Part shown: positions 1 to 11,400 of the stretch, in pieces
Position numbering within the stretch: position 1 is the stretch's first letter
How the letters are laid out: every line of letters starts with the position of its first letter
Source: Octopus bimaculoides
Taxonomy: Eukaryota
Direction of reading: 5' to 3'
Assembly: GCF_001194135.2 (NCBI RefSeq)
Contig: NC_069001.1
Coordinates: 23,455,528-23,519,527 of the forward strand
DNA: 64,000 bases
Made by a program: the position numbers and the translations under genes
Notes under the pieces: generated by a model
The model's database searches: none
Told to the model about the DNA's origin: nothing
The model's input: the letters and a program-made list of their open reading frames with translations, nothing else

Positions 1-99
1 AAGGTTCCATTTACATATTCTCCATCTGGACCAAATTATTATTATAACTGCATCTGTTTTGATATTAGCGTAAAAAATTTGGAGCTGGGTTTGCACCAT
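1..99 (+). CDS. Candidate coding exon (3' part) of an unidentified gene: KVPFTYSPSGPNYYYNCICFDISVKNLELGLHH
   Basis: Frame 1 is open from base 1 and there is a strong donor CAT|GTAAGC at 100. The sequence is non-repetitive. No protein was recognised, and a competing minus-strand frame covers 65-195. Confidence 0.3.
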
Positions 100-1124
100 G
101 TAAGCAAATTTTGTTACCGCGCCAATGGGCAAATCTGCAGTTTGTTCCTTTTATTGATATTTCGTCATGTACGAATCTGAGATATTCCTTAATAGCTGAA
201 AGATTTAATAGGTGTAAAGTTTACAAAAATGTTGGGGAGGGGGGGTACTAAGAAAAGATGAGAAGAAACTATTTTTCAAGACTGTTTTTAAAGAGGCATA
301 AGAGAGAAAGAGCAAGAATACAAATAGAATATTATGAAAGAGTGAGAGTGTTAACGAATATAGGAGACAGATAATTCAAAAGACTATAAAATATGTAGTG
401 GAAAATAGAGTGTGTAACAAGCTTATAGAGCGTTATAGATAATAGAGGTAATAGTGAGAGAGATAATTCAAAAGATCGTAGAATATGCAGTGGAAAACAA
501 AAGAAAGTTTGTAACAAAAAACAAGGTGAGAGAGGGAAAAGTGATGTTATTGTGCTAAATCGAATTGAAATATTAAAAATGTTCAATGAGAGAAGAAATA
601 AAGGTAGAAGCTGTGACGTTTATGGAGACAGAGAGAAATGGTGTCTGTAGTTGTGAAACAGAAGTGAAATATTAAACTTATAAGAATTTTCAATGAGATA
701 CTTACTTGGAATGTATCAACATCAGAATAAATTCGTCATGCCTTATATTCTAGTGAGAGGAAGGAGAAAACAAACTTAAGGAGAGACAAAGAAAAAAACA
801 ACATTGCTCATACTATAGAAGCACTTGTTAGCAGAATAACAGTTTCATTTTTGTGATATTAATGTTTAAAGATACCTGACAGAACACATCCAAGTTAAAA
901 TATCTTTATGTAATAAACTCCTTGATATGTAAGTTACTGAGACGGATCAAATTTTTCTCAACACAGACTGCCTGCAATTTTGCAGGGGGGAATAAAACTA
1001 GAGGAAAAATATGTTGAACTACAATGCCACAATATTTATTCACACACACACGCACGCACGCACGCACGCACGCAGATAGAGAGAGGCGGGTGTGTGTTCA
1101 TATATATATATTTTTATAAATATA

Positions 1125-1484
1125 CAGGCGCAAGTGTGACAAGAAGTTTGCTTGCCAACCACATGGTTCCAGGTTCAGTCCCACTGCGTGGCATCTTGGG
1201 CAAGTGTCTTCTACTATAGCCATGGGATGGCCAAAGCTTTGTGGTTGGATTCGGTAAACAGAAACTCGTATTTATTCGTGTGTGTGTGTGTGTCCCACCA
1301 CCATTTGACAACCGGTGTCAGTGTGTTTACATCCCTATGACTCAGCAGTTCAGCATAAGAAATCGATAGAATAAGTACCTGTACTACCAAATAAGTACTG
1401 GGGTCGATTCATTCATCTAAAAATTCTTAAAGGTGATGCCCCGACATGGCTGCCGTCTAATGACTGAATCAAGTGAAAGATAAA

Positions 1485-1486
<2 letters not shown>
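1125..1486 (+). mobile_element. tRNA-derived SINE family A (CORE-like domain, internal microsatellite)
   Basis: Head ...ccacatggttccaggttcagtcccactgcgtggcatcttgggcaagtgtcttctactatagcc, internal (TG)n, tail ...gactgaatcaagtgaaagataaaaga. About 20 related copies occur in the window. Confidence 0.8.
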
Positions 1487-1550
<64 letters not shown>

Positions 1551-1671
1551 GTATGTCATCATCATCACTGTCATTACCATCATCATCATCATTATCATTA
1601 TCATCAAAATTAGAACAGCCATAATTGAAAGTAGACTACTCAGTTACATGTGGTAGAGTATAGATTTAGGA

Positions 1672-1767
1672 CAAGCAAAGTAGCTCCTTCTAAAATCTCT
1701 AGAAGAGATGCAAAGAGTGATTTCTTGCATCTCCTGATAGAGATTTTAGAACTAGCTTCTTTGCTTG
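1672..1767. repeat. About 96 nt imperfect inverted-repeat hairpin
   Basis: caagcaaag/ctttgcttg, ttctaaaatctcta/tagagattttagaa and gagatgcaa/ttgcatctc pair around a short loop. Confidence 0.85.
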
Positions 1768-3529
1768 CTGCAAGATCAGCAACTGAATGTCCCTTATTTA
1801 TTGATATATTGCAAACTGGGACAAACAACTGCCATGTCTAGCACACAGGTGTGTAGTGACCAGGGAAGCCATATTTGGTTGTCATGTATTAGCACAGTAG
1901 TGTTACGGTAACTTCAGCCAATTAAAGCTGGCTGTGGATTTATACAAACACCAGCTTCCACCCAGCAGTATTTCGTGCCTTTTTTCAATAGTTAGCTGGT
2001 AATTAGCAGAAGACTGTGGCAAGCAACAGCTGTTCTTGGTCCATCATTGGAAGGATGCTGACATCTAATAATATTTCTTCAATATGAACATCTTGTTTAT
2101 TTCACCAACCTTGCACAGCAAACTACTGATTATTTTAAGCTATCCACATTAATCACTCCATGGATATCCCATTGCATCTATATTCAGTTCATTTTGCAAG
2201 TACAGTTACCATCAGTCCTTAACAACACATTACTACTTGTAACAATGAGAGATTTCTTCTTGTCCCAGCTAACACAATAGCTTCCAACTGCTAGATTATC
2301 ATGGCTTACCACTAAAGCATTCTTTTCAAATGTAAGTTACCTGGCTTCCTTGACTCACATACATTTTCATACAACTGCATGGCTTACTTCTTGCTTGTAC
2401 ATTTTCGTTACCAAATAAATTATAATATTATTATCTAAATTGCCTTTTGATATTATTTCTTCTGCTTCACAAAAGAACATGCATTGGACATTTACATTGC
2501 AGCTTTATTGTCACATTGACTTTACCTACATTAATGATGCCACATGGGCCCACTCTGTTACAGGTGTACCAGTATTGAGGAAGGGTAAGACCCTGAAACC
2601 AGCTGGTCTACTGGTCCTGTCACTACTGGATGGGAGTTGTTCGCTTCCTTGTTTGCAATATAACGGACACAGATATTGTGTCATTAACCAGCTGGAGGAG
2701 GTGCCCTCCTGGGGTTAAAAATAGTAATAAAATTTACATTTCTTCCAATACTGGCACATACATGACTGATGATATTTCTTTAGATTTTCAGAATCATCAA
2801 AGTTCAAACAAAATATTAGATTTATAGGGTTTATATAATCTTATTATATTTTACTTGTTTCAGTCATTAGACTGCAGCCATGCTGGAGCACCACCTTGAA
2901 GAATTTTAGTTCAGTGAATCAGCCCAGGTATTTTCCCTAAGCCTGATAATGATGAGGATCATCATCATGTATGCTTATCTATTTATATGTATGTTATGTC
3001 TCAACGCTACTGCTATCTAGCACCTTCGGATGATCTCTACTCAACCGCTACACAACTGCTACTCAACACTCCTACCACAGCCAGACTACCTCTATTTATA
3101 TGTCTTGGGAGATCCTACTTCTTCGCCTGGGGGTGTCGACACAACAATGTCTGTGTGTGTATTTGTGTATGTACATGAGTATTTGTTTCTATTTGTTTTT
3201 GTACTGACACCTTTTGAGTGATGGTGATGCTATGTGTTACATTCCCTACTAACAATATGTCCTAAATCTCAGCAATTTCAGTGGATTTCACCTGTGAAAA
3301 CCATTAGGTGTTCCCAACCTCCCAATACTTCCTCAATAACACCCAGCAAGTAAAAGAAAATCTAAAAAAAAACAACATAATAATAAAAGTGAATGCATTT
3401 ATATAAGAATGGTTTTTCTCTTGTATAAGAAGAGAATTCCTTTATAACTGAGACAACTGAATTATTTTGCATGCAAATGAAAAACTTGGAAAGGAATCCT
3501 CCACCCCTACAATATGATCTTGAAGCCCT

Positions 3530-5490
3530 CACTAAAAAATACAAAGTAGACATCAACAACAGGTTTCAAATGATACTGGAGATGCAATAAGGGAAGAACC
3601 CAGACAATGTGGCAATTGATGTAAAAGAAAATTCTTGCACCTACTGAATTACACTTAACAAAAGAGAATGAAAAAGCAACAATGGATATCTATAGCAACT
3701 ATAGATCTTGTGGAAAAAAGGAGAGAAGCAAGAACCTCAGGTTCCAACTGAAAAGAATATAAAAAGATCAACAAAGATCTTTTACAAGAATGACAGAAAT
3801 ATAAAAACAGTTACATAACCAATTTTTGTGAAAATCTAGAAGAACAAGCAAAATGCAATAATTCAAAAGGTCTTTTCCAACAGGTAAAGGTACTCAAAGG
3901 AGAATATAGTGCAAAGGTGGGCAGATCACGAGAAGGAATAGTTCTAACAGCAGTGCAACAGGTAAAGCAAAGATGGTCAGAGTGTACCAATAAGTTGTAT
4001 CAGAATGATCCAATGTTTGCTGTGGTTGACACAGATTTGGATTCTGAAAAAGAACCTGAACCAGTAGGAATTGAGGTAGAGAGAGAGCTCTGGAATAGAT
4101 AAGAAAACATGGGGAAGCACCAGGTCTAAATGTAGTGCCAATTGCACTGATCAAAGGTGCAGGAGAGAGTGCTCCACAATCTCTGTTATAAGATCTGGGG
4201 AAATCTAAGTGGCCATCAGATTGGTGTGCAGTAGAATATGTGCCCATACGCAAAGGGGGAGACCTGCTTACATGTGAGAGTTATCAAACAACTGCTTTGA
4301 TAGATATACAAGTAAAGAACTTTTGATCATCATCCCAGAGAGTTTAGAACCGTTCCTTGAGCAAGAAAAAGCCTTAGAAGTGGACGTGGCACAAGAGATC
4401 ATCTGTACAACCTACACACAATTTTAGAAAAAAACAAAAGTACACAACCTGTCTTTGTGACATTGACTACAGATAGGCTTTTGACTGTGCAAACTATGAC
4501 TACATGTGGTGCATTATGTTTAATGTTGGCATTCCAAAACACTTCATTGGGCTCATCAAACAGCTTTACATTCAGCAAGAGTCCTGCATTTGAGTAAATA
4601 ATGAGAACACAGAAATGGGGGTTCGTCAGGGTTGTATTCTTTCTCTATACTTCTTTAGCATTGACACTGGGTGGATAATGCAAGAAGCAGTACAGGAAGA
4701 ATACAGCATCAAAATACACAGCTTGTATATTCCTAATCTAAGATATGCAGACGATACTGTTCTACTTACCAAGACTACAAGAAATGATGAATAGAATTGA
4801 GAAGGCATCAAATACGCGTGATCTTCATCTAAACCCTAAGAAAACAAAAGTCTTGGAAGAAAGAAAAGAGAAAGCAAATGTCAACATCAAACTGAGAAGT
4901 GAAAGATTGAACAGGCTGAATTGTACAAGTATCTTGGAGCTCAATCTCTGATGAAGCTACATGTAAGACAGAAATTAGGACATGGGTAGCCATAGCAAGA
5001 ACATCCATAGAAAAGCTTAAGAACACCTGGAGCAGTGAAAGTATCCCAACTAAGTTAAAAACAAGACTAATGTGAGCATTCATTTGGCCAAAAGGCATTT
5101 ATGGTTGCAAAGCATGGACTTCGAACAAATTTGAAGACAATATAATCAATGTGTACAGGTGAATGGTATGAGTCTCTTACAAGTACTATCAGACAAATGA
5201 ACAGGTATTACAACAAGTAGGTGAAAGAGGACAACTCCTTGAACATTGTAGGAAAACAAAAACACATCTATTATGGCCACATTTGAAGAGGCAGAGGTCC
5301 ATAAAACATTATCATGGAAGGAAGGGCAGAGAGGACAGTAGATTAAAAGGCAAGCAAAGAACACAATGGATGGACAATATCACAAGCTGGTTGAATTAAA
5401 AATGGCAAGACAGCTGGAGAACTTTAGCTTGATCAGGAAGACTTCCATTATAATGTCATCAATGATAGATGACAATGAAGATTGAATGTG
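3530..5490 (+). mobile_element. Degenerate RTE-clade LINE, reverse transcriptase region
   Basis: Piecewise translation gives RWSECTNKLY, GVRQGCILS (about 4618) and LRYADDTVLL (about 4738), with many stops and frameshifts. Confidence 0.9.
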
Positions 5491-6124
5491 TGAATATATG
5501 TGTTTACATTTAACCCTCTTATGCAAAAGAACTGTATTTGAATGTTCACCAGTTCCAGCATAGCTAAGTCTAAGTCCATGCAATGTCCTCTTTAGATACA
5601 CAAAATTGTTGTCATCAGAAAAATTAACAAAGCTAACTTACAAGAAGATAAAGAAAACATTTTATAAGATTTGAACTGTAGATTTAACTTGGGTTTACAA
5701 TTCTAAATTCATTTACTCTTTGATTAAGTATACTTATATTAGTCCCTGCCAATTAGTCGCATATTTAAAAATTATTGAGTTAGGCTGATTCTAATTGGTT
5801 TCAGCTTTGGAACCAATTCATACTTTGGAGTCGTTAGGTTTAAGTTGTTAATCATTCTAAATTAAACCAGGTTCTAAAAATTTTAATTTCTCAGCAGTTA
5901 GCATTTAATACCACTGAATTTGTTAAATTCGTATTATATTAACAAAAGAAAAAAAAGGAAAACAAAATCTTTAGATTCTTATGTTGAAGAATAAAAAGAT
6001 TTAGTTGAACTACAATTAACATTTAATTCAATTAATTTTAAAAAGGTAAAATAAAAAGTTATGTAGTGAGAGAAACAGTGTTAATAAATGACTAATATTA
6101 TTTTAATTATTTCAACAACTTCAG

Positions 6125-6241
6125 ACATATTCTGACCTACTCAACAAACATCAACAACTTCTGTGTGCATGCTCAACTAGTGACAACAACCACTAAGAAA
6201 ATTTATGATGCTGGCATAGAAAAAAATGAGCTGTGTAAAAG
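6125..6241 (+). CDS. Candidate internal exon: HILTYSTNINNFCVHAQLVTTTTKKIYDAGIEKNELCK(R)
   Basis: Acceptor ttcaacaacttcAG| and donor AG|GTAAAT bound a 117 nt stop-free phase 2-2 frame in unique AT-rich sequence. Confidence 0.4.
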
Positions 6242-6697
6242 GTAAATAGTTATTGTTTTTTTATATTCAGATTATGTTTATTCACCAATTATAAGTGAAC
6301 ACATATTTTGTTCCTCTATGGCTCAAAGATACAATCCCACCAGAACAATGACATTCTCAGAGAAGATTAACCACTGGCATGTCAGTTTTGGAGAAATTCT
6401 TGGCTCCTAAGGTTATCTCCTTTTCTCATTTGGAGTTGGGACTAATTGCCACTGTGTGATTGGTCTTCTCACTCAGAAAGTGGAAATGATTTCAATAAAT
6501 CAAAATTTTATCCTGCAGGATATTAAAATGCATTTTTTGGTTTTTGATGTTCAAATAGATGTCACTAACCATTCTGAGTTATTTCCTTTAATTCATTTTC
6601 ATTTCATTTTGCTTACTGACTGAGTCATGAATATGTTCTACTGTTCTTATGTAAATCTTTAAGGTGTCTCATCTGCTAAAGATTAGGTAAGTTAGTT

Positions 6698-6742
6698 GCT
6701 GTGCTGATGATGTCTGTTCAGGTAGAAACACCTCTTCACAGC
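6698..6742 (+). ncRNA. Degenerate type I hammerhead-ribozyme-like motif
   Basis: Stem I gctgtg/cacagc, core CTGATGA, stem II tgtctg-tt-caggta, then GAAA. Stem III (cacctc) does not pair. Confidence 0.4.
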
Positions 6743-7369
6743 TATCCTCTTATCTTCAAGCAATTAAACTATCTTTTTATAAATGGTACATCAATTTTAG
6801 AGTGTTTTTGACTTTTGAGATTAACTTCCCATTTCATTTGGGATTGGCACAGTTTCTAATAAGTTGTAAGTTTACATCTCTGGAAGCAAAGCTAATTTCA
6901 ATAAAGCAAAAAAAGTTTTGGTAGCTGACAATCCAGATATGCCACCCTAAGCCAAGCTTCCCCCCCACACAAGGGTAGGGTATTTATCCCTGTCATCTGT
7001 ATAGATTGCTGCCCCACCCATGCTGGTCATCCAGCCTCAGTTTTTAACCTAACAGTTTCTAATCTGTTTACTCCTGTATAAAGACTGCTACCCCTAATAT
7101 GTTAACACTCAACTGAATGATGACTGAGTTATAAACCCAAGACATCATCTGAAACTACCATATCTGGTTCTAAATGCAATGAAATGATGTCTCTGAATAC
7201 CTTTCCCTGCAGTTTGCTGCTTAATTGGTAACAGCACCCTGCCAATGTCCTGTCAGAGCACACAGGCCTAAGAAGTGGGGAAAGAACTAGTGTTGCTTCT
7301 ACAGCAATAGCAAGTGCCCTGAGTTGACCAATACAGGCTAAACATCTACTTGTCAGGCAAGTAGTGCAT

Positions 7370-8151
7370 GAAGACATTCAATATTCCTCATACAAGATGA
7401 GAAAGAGCCAGTTTTTATCCTAAACGATCAAAGATAAAGGGAAGCCTGCGCTATGAAGATTTTGAACAACCTCAAGCAGCCCTTCCAACCAAACATGCTT
7501 TGGTTTTTCTCAGACGAGACAAATTTCTGCCAGGATCAGGTGGTGAACACACAGAACAACTGTCCCCAAAGCATGTACTGAGAGTGATAAAAATCAAACA
7601 TCCAGTCACCATCATGGTGTTTGGAGTGATCACGAGTGATGATGACGTTATGTCTCCATTCATCTTCCCAGACGGTCACAGACTCAACATGGAAGTCTAT
7701 ATCAAGTGCCTGGATGAGGTAGTGCTGCCCTTGGTCAAGAGGGTGGCTGCTGGAAGACCCTATCTCAGGCAACAGGACTCTGCACCATGCCACACAAGCA
7801 GGAGAGCCCAGTTATGGCTGTCAGACAATTTTTGCAACCACACCACCTCTAACATCTGGCCACCTCACACCCACACTACAACCCCTTTGATTAACACTAG
7901 ATGTGAACTGAAGGCAAGGATTATGGTAGCATTCACCAACTTAATCAAGGAGACTATCCAGAAGAATTGCAGGAGATTTCAAAGTCATCTGGAGGCCGTG
8001 GTTGAAGCCAATGGCGATTTTATTAAATAGATTTACTCTTCAGTATTTCAAGATATTTTTATGTATTTTGGTAAATATACCTGTTAAAATGAGATGTCAG
8101 TGTTATTTCCATTTTTGATAATTTAGATGACAGTTTATTCCCTACACCCTG
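7370..8151 (+). mobile_element. Tc1/mariner (maT/DD37D-like) transposase remnant with right TIR
   Basis: WFFSDETNF, IMVFGVITSD, QQDSAPCHTSR and IWPP motifs. The segment expected to hold the third Asp is deleted. The element ends ...tacaccctg followed by a TG/TA run. Confidence 0.85.
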
Positions 8152-8159
8152 TGTATATA

Positions 8160-8335
8160 TCATCATCATCGTTTAATGTCCGCTTTTCATGCTGGCATGG
8201 GTTGGACAGTTTGACTGAGGACTGGTGAGCCAGAGGCTGCACCAGGCTCGATCTGATCTGGCAAATTTTCTACAGCTGGATGCCCTTCCTAACACCAACC
8301 ACTCCGAGAGTGTAGTGGGTGCTTTTACGTGCCTA
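8160..8335 (-). mobile_element. Family B element (RTE-type 3' tail with (GAT)n end)
   Basis: catcatcatcgtttaatgtccgcttttcatgctggcatgggttggac..., the reverse complement of 8545-8695. Confidence 0.8.
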
Positions 8336-8344
8336 CCTGCTTCT

Positions 8345-8485
8345 TTGAATTCCCTTCTACTAAATCCACTCACAAGGCTGTATTCAGCCCGGGGCTGTAG
8401 TAGAAGACACTTGCCCAAGATGCCATGCAGTGGGACTGAACCCAGAGCCATGTGGTTGCAAAGCAAACTTCTTACCACAAAGCAA
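8345..8485 (-). mobile_element. SINE family A 5' half
   Basis: aaatccactcacaaggct...gacacttgcccaagatgccatgcagtgggactgaacccagagccatgtgg. Confidence 0.8.
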
Positions 8486-8490
8486 TACAT

Positions 8491-8523
<33 letters not shown>

Positions 8524-8544
8524 CATATACAGATTCACGCACAT

Positions 8545-8695
8545 TTGCGTTAGGAAGGGCATCCAGCTGTAGAAACTCTGCCAAATCAGATTGGAGCCTG
8601 GTGTAGCCATCTGGTTCACCAGTCCTCAGTCAAATCGTCCAACCCATGCTTTCATGGAAAGCGGATGTTAAACGATGATGATGATGATGATGATA
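8545..8695 (+). mobile_element. Family B element (RTE-type 3' tail)
   Basis: taggaagggcatccagctgtagaaac...cggatgttaaacgatgatgatgatg. Confidence 0.8.
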
Positions 8696-9439
8696 CATTT
8701 ATTATGTGTCTTATGCACATAGACATGGGCAGTGCAGTTTTAGTTCATCTAAGCAAGATATTTAATCATTGAAAATGCCTACAAAAATGCAACATACACT
8801 TAATTCAATAACTTTGTGGTTTAAACAAGTTAAACACATGTAACAGTTACACATAAACAAAATATGAAATGGTTATCAAAGGTTACCTCGGGAGACATTT
8901 AGATGCTTTAGTGACCATTCACTTTATCAGCCACTGTTGAACTAAAAACAGTTACTTGTACACTACCACAATATAAAGTTATTGCTGACATCAAGAATGG
9001 ATGGAATATAAAGTGATCTGGAGAGGACAAAGTAACATTGCAGAAATTCTGTATATCACTCAGAAGTAATAGCAATGTCTTAGAAAGCTAGTGAAATAGA
9101 ATTTTAAATTGCTCTGCTGGGAAATATAATTCGGGACGCTTAAATACATACGAGTAGCTATTGAGTTGATAGATGCACATGAATGTAGATAAATAAATAC
9201 TATTAGTTATATAATTGGTAGAAGCATATGAATGTAGGTAGTACAATTTTCATCAATAAGAGTACACAATAAATCAACAGGTAGCCAGTGCTATGACTTT
9301 ATGTCTGTGTGAATTGAACAGATGGGAAAATGGACCTTACGTATAGTATATAAAGAAAATAAAGAGTATTTTACCATAAGTTACTTTATGAGACATCTTG
9401 GTGTTTGGTTATTATTCACCTCATCATCCACTGTTTGTG

Positions 9440-9735
9440 CATATATATATAGATGTATGTGTGTGTGTGTATGTATATATATATGTGTGTGTAAGTATAC
9501 ATTCATATATATATATATATATTTATATATATGTATGTGTGTATGTAATTATACATATATATATATATGAATCTGTGTGTGTGTATATGCAAGTATATAT
9601 ACATACATATGTCTTTGTACCTATGCATATGTCTGTGTATATATATATATTTATATATATATATATATTTATGTCTGTGTATCTGTACATATGTATATGT
9701 GTGTGTCTATATATCTATACAAATGTATGTGTGTG

Positions 9736-9775
<40 letters not shown>

Positions 9776-10560
9776 CACACACACACACATATATATATAT
9801 ATGACTATCTCTACACATGTGTGTGTATGTGTGCAGTGTGTACACACATACAACTCACATTCATACACAAACACATGTACACAACAGGCTTCCACAGGGT
9901 TACAAGATTTGTTGCAATGTGAATTGTTCATTGATATTAACATAGTGTATAATTGTATAGAACGCAGAGCTAGCAAAGTCAAGTTGACAGGAGATCAAAT
10001 GACCAGCCGAGAGGTTAGCAGCTCATATCCTGCAACGTACACTCAGTGGGGAACAAGTATAAATGATGCTGTATATTCTTTCTTATGCTTAGGGAATAAA
10101 AGAGTGAAAGAGAGAGCTAGGAGAGAGATAGACAGACAGAGACTGAGAGATAGATAGATGAAGAGAGAGGTGGGGAGATTTATAATTAGAAAAGAATGAT
10201 TAATAATGAGAGAAAAAGTGTGACAGAGAATACTGAAATTGAGAAAAAATGAGTGAATAGTAGATAGCTAGATAGATAGATAGATAGATAGACAGAGAAA
10301 GAGAGAGAGATTTATAATGAGAAGAGAAAGGAATGATTAAATAATGAAAGTGAGAGAGAAAGAGAGAGGAACTGAAAGAGAAACATGATGAAAGGTGAAA
10401 GAGAGAGAAGCAGACAATGGAAAACAGAGGAAGGAACTAAGAGAGAAAAGGTAGAAGAGAAAGAATGAAAAGAGAGAGACTGATTAATATTGAAGGAGAA
10501 ACAGAGAGATTATTAATACTGAGAAAAAGAGTGAGTGAGGGAGAGAGAGAGATTAATTAT
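9440..10560. repeat. Compound microsatellite and low-complexity tract ((TA)n, (TG)n, (CA)n, then GA-rich and (GATA)n)
   Basis: Direct inspection. This is the source of the spurious IYIY/CVCV ORFs. Confidence 0.9.
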
Positions 10561-11042
10561 TCGTTGGAACAATCTTTTATAATTGTGAGTGCACCAATAC
10601 ATTGTAGGTTATGAATAAATAAATATATGGAGTCGTATCTCAATGTATTTAGTATTGTTACAAAATTAGGCCCCAGGAAGGGTTTATAACCAATGGTGGA
10701 TAGTTAGTCATCACTGTATGATGCTGGACAAACAGCTGCGAATCTGGTTATTATTAATATCCTGTTATTAACCTTGTTAATGAAGGGGCGTGACTCAGTG
10801 GTTAGGGAATTTGGTTCATGATCGTAAAAGTCGCCAAATTTGCTGCATGATAGAGACCAGGGAAAGCTCCCTCACCAGGCTTTAAAAAAATTGAGTACTG
10901 GGGTCAATATATTCGACACTTGCCCAAGCTACCGTGCAGTGGAACGGACCCTGACCTGAGTGGTTCTTACCTCACAGCCACGCCTTGGCCTATTTTTATC
11001 ATGCTATCACACCTGCAACTGTGTGTGTGTGTGTTTGTGTGG

Positions 11043-11400
11043 TGAAGGTGCATGGCTTTGTGGTTAGGGTATTCGGCTTACGATCGTAAGGTCGTGAGTT
11101 CAGTTCCCGGCGACGCATTGTGTCCTTGAGCAAGACACTTTATTTCTGTACAGTCCACTCTGCTGGCAAAAATGAGTGGTACCTGTATTTCAAAGAGCCA
11201 GCCTTGCCACATTCTGTGTAACACTGAATCTCCCTGAGAACTGTGTTAAGGGTACATGTGTCTGTGGAGTGCTCAGCCACATGCATGTTAATTTTCATGT
11301 GCAGGCCGTTCTGTTGATTGAATCAACTGAAACCCCCGTCGTCATAACTGATGAAGTGCCAGTTAGATTAACCCTTTTATCAACCGGTGTCCAGTGTCAT
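11043..11400 (+). mobile_element. tRNA-derived SINE family C
   Basis: Head gaaggtgcatggctttgtggttagggtattcggcttacgatcgtaaggtcgtgagttcagttcccgg (A/B-box-like), then gtgtccttgagcaagacactttatttc. Confidence 0.75.

Noticed and set aside
1640-1841. Overlapping 62-63 aa ORFs on both strands
   Set aside because: They coincide with the 1672-1767 palindrome, which explains the two-strand openness. No protein motif was recognised.
1860-2718. Possible piggyBac relic (TTAA+CCC end at 2718) or RTE endonuclease relic on the minus strand
   Set aside because: No convincing catalytic motif could be assembled, so it is left unassigned.
7129-7377. 82 aa minus-strand ORF of protein-like composition
   Set aside because: No recognisable domain, no good donor site, and it abuts a transposon remnant.
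9322-9982. ORFs rich in IY/CV/HT dipeptides (also at 15.3-16.2, 21-23, 45.0 and 48.9-49.3 kb)
   Set aside because: They are translations of (TA)n, (TG)n and (CA)n microsatellites, not proteins.
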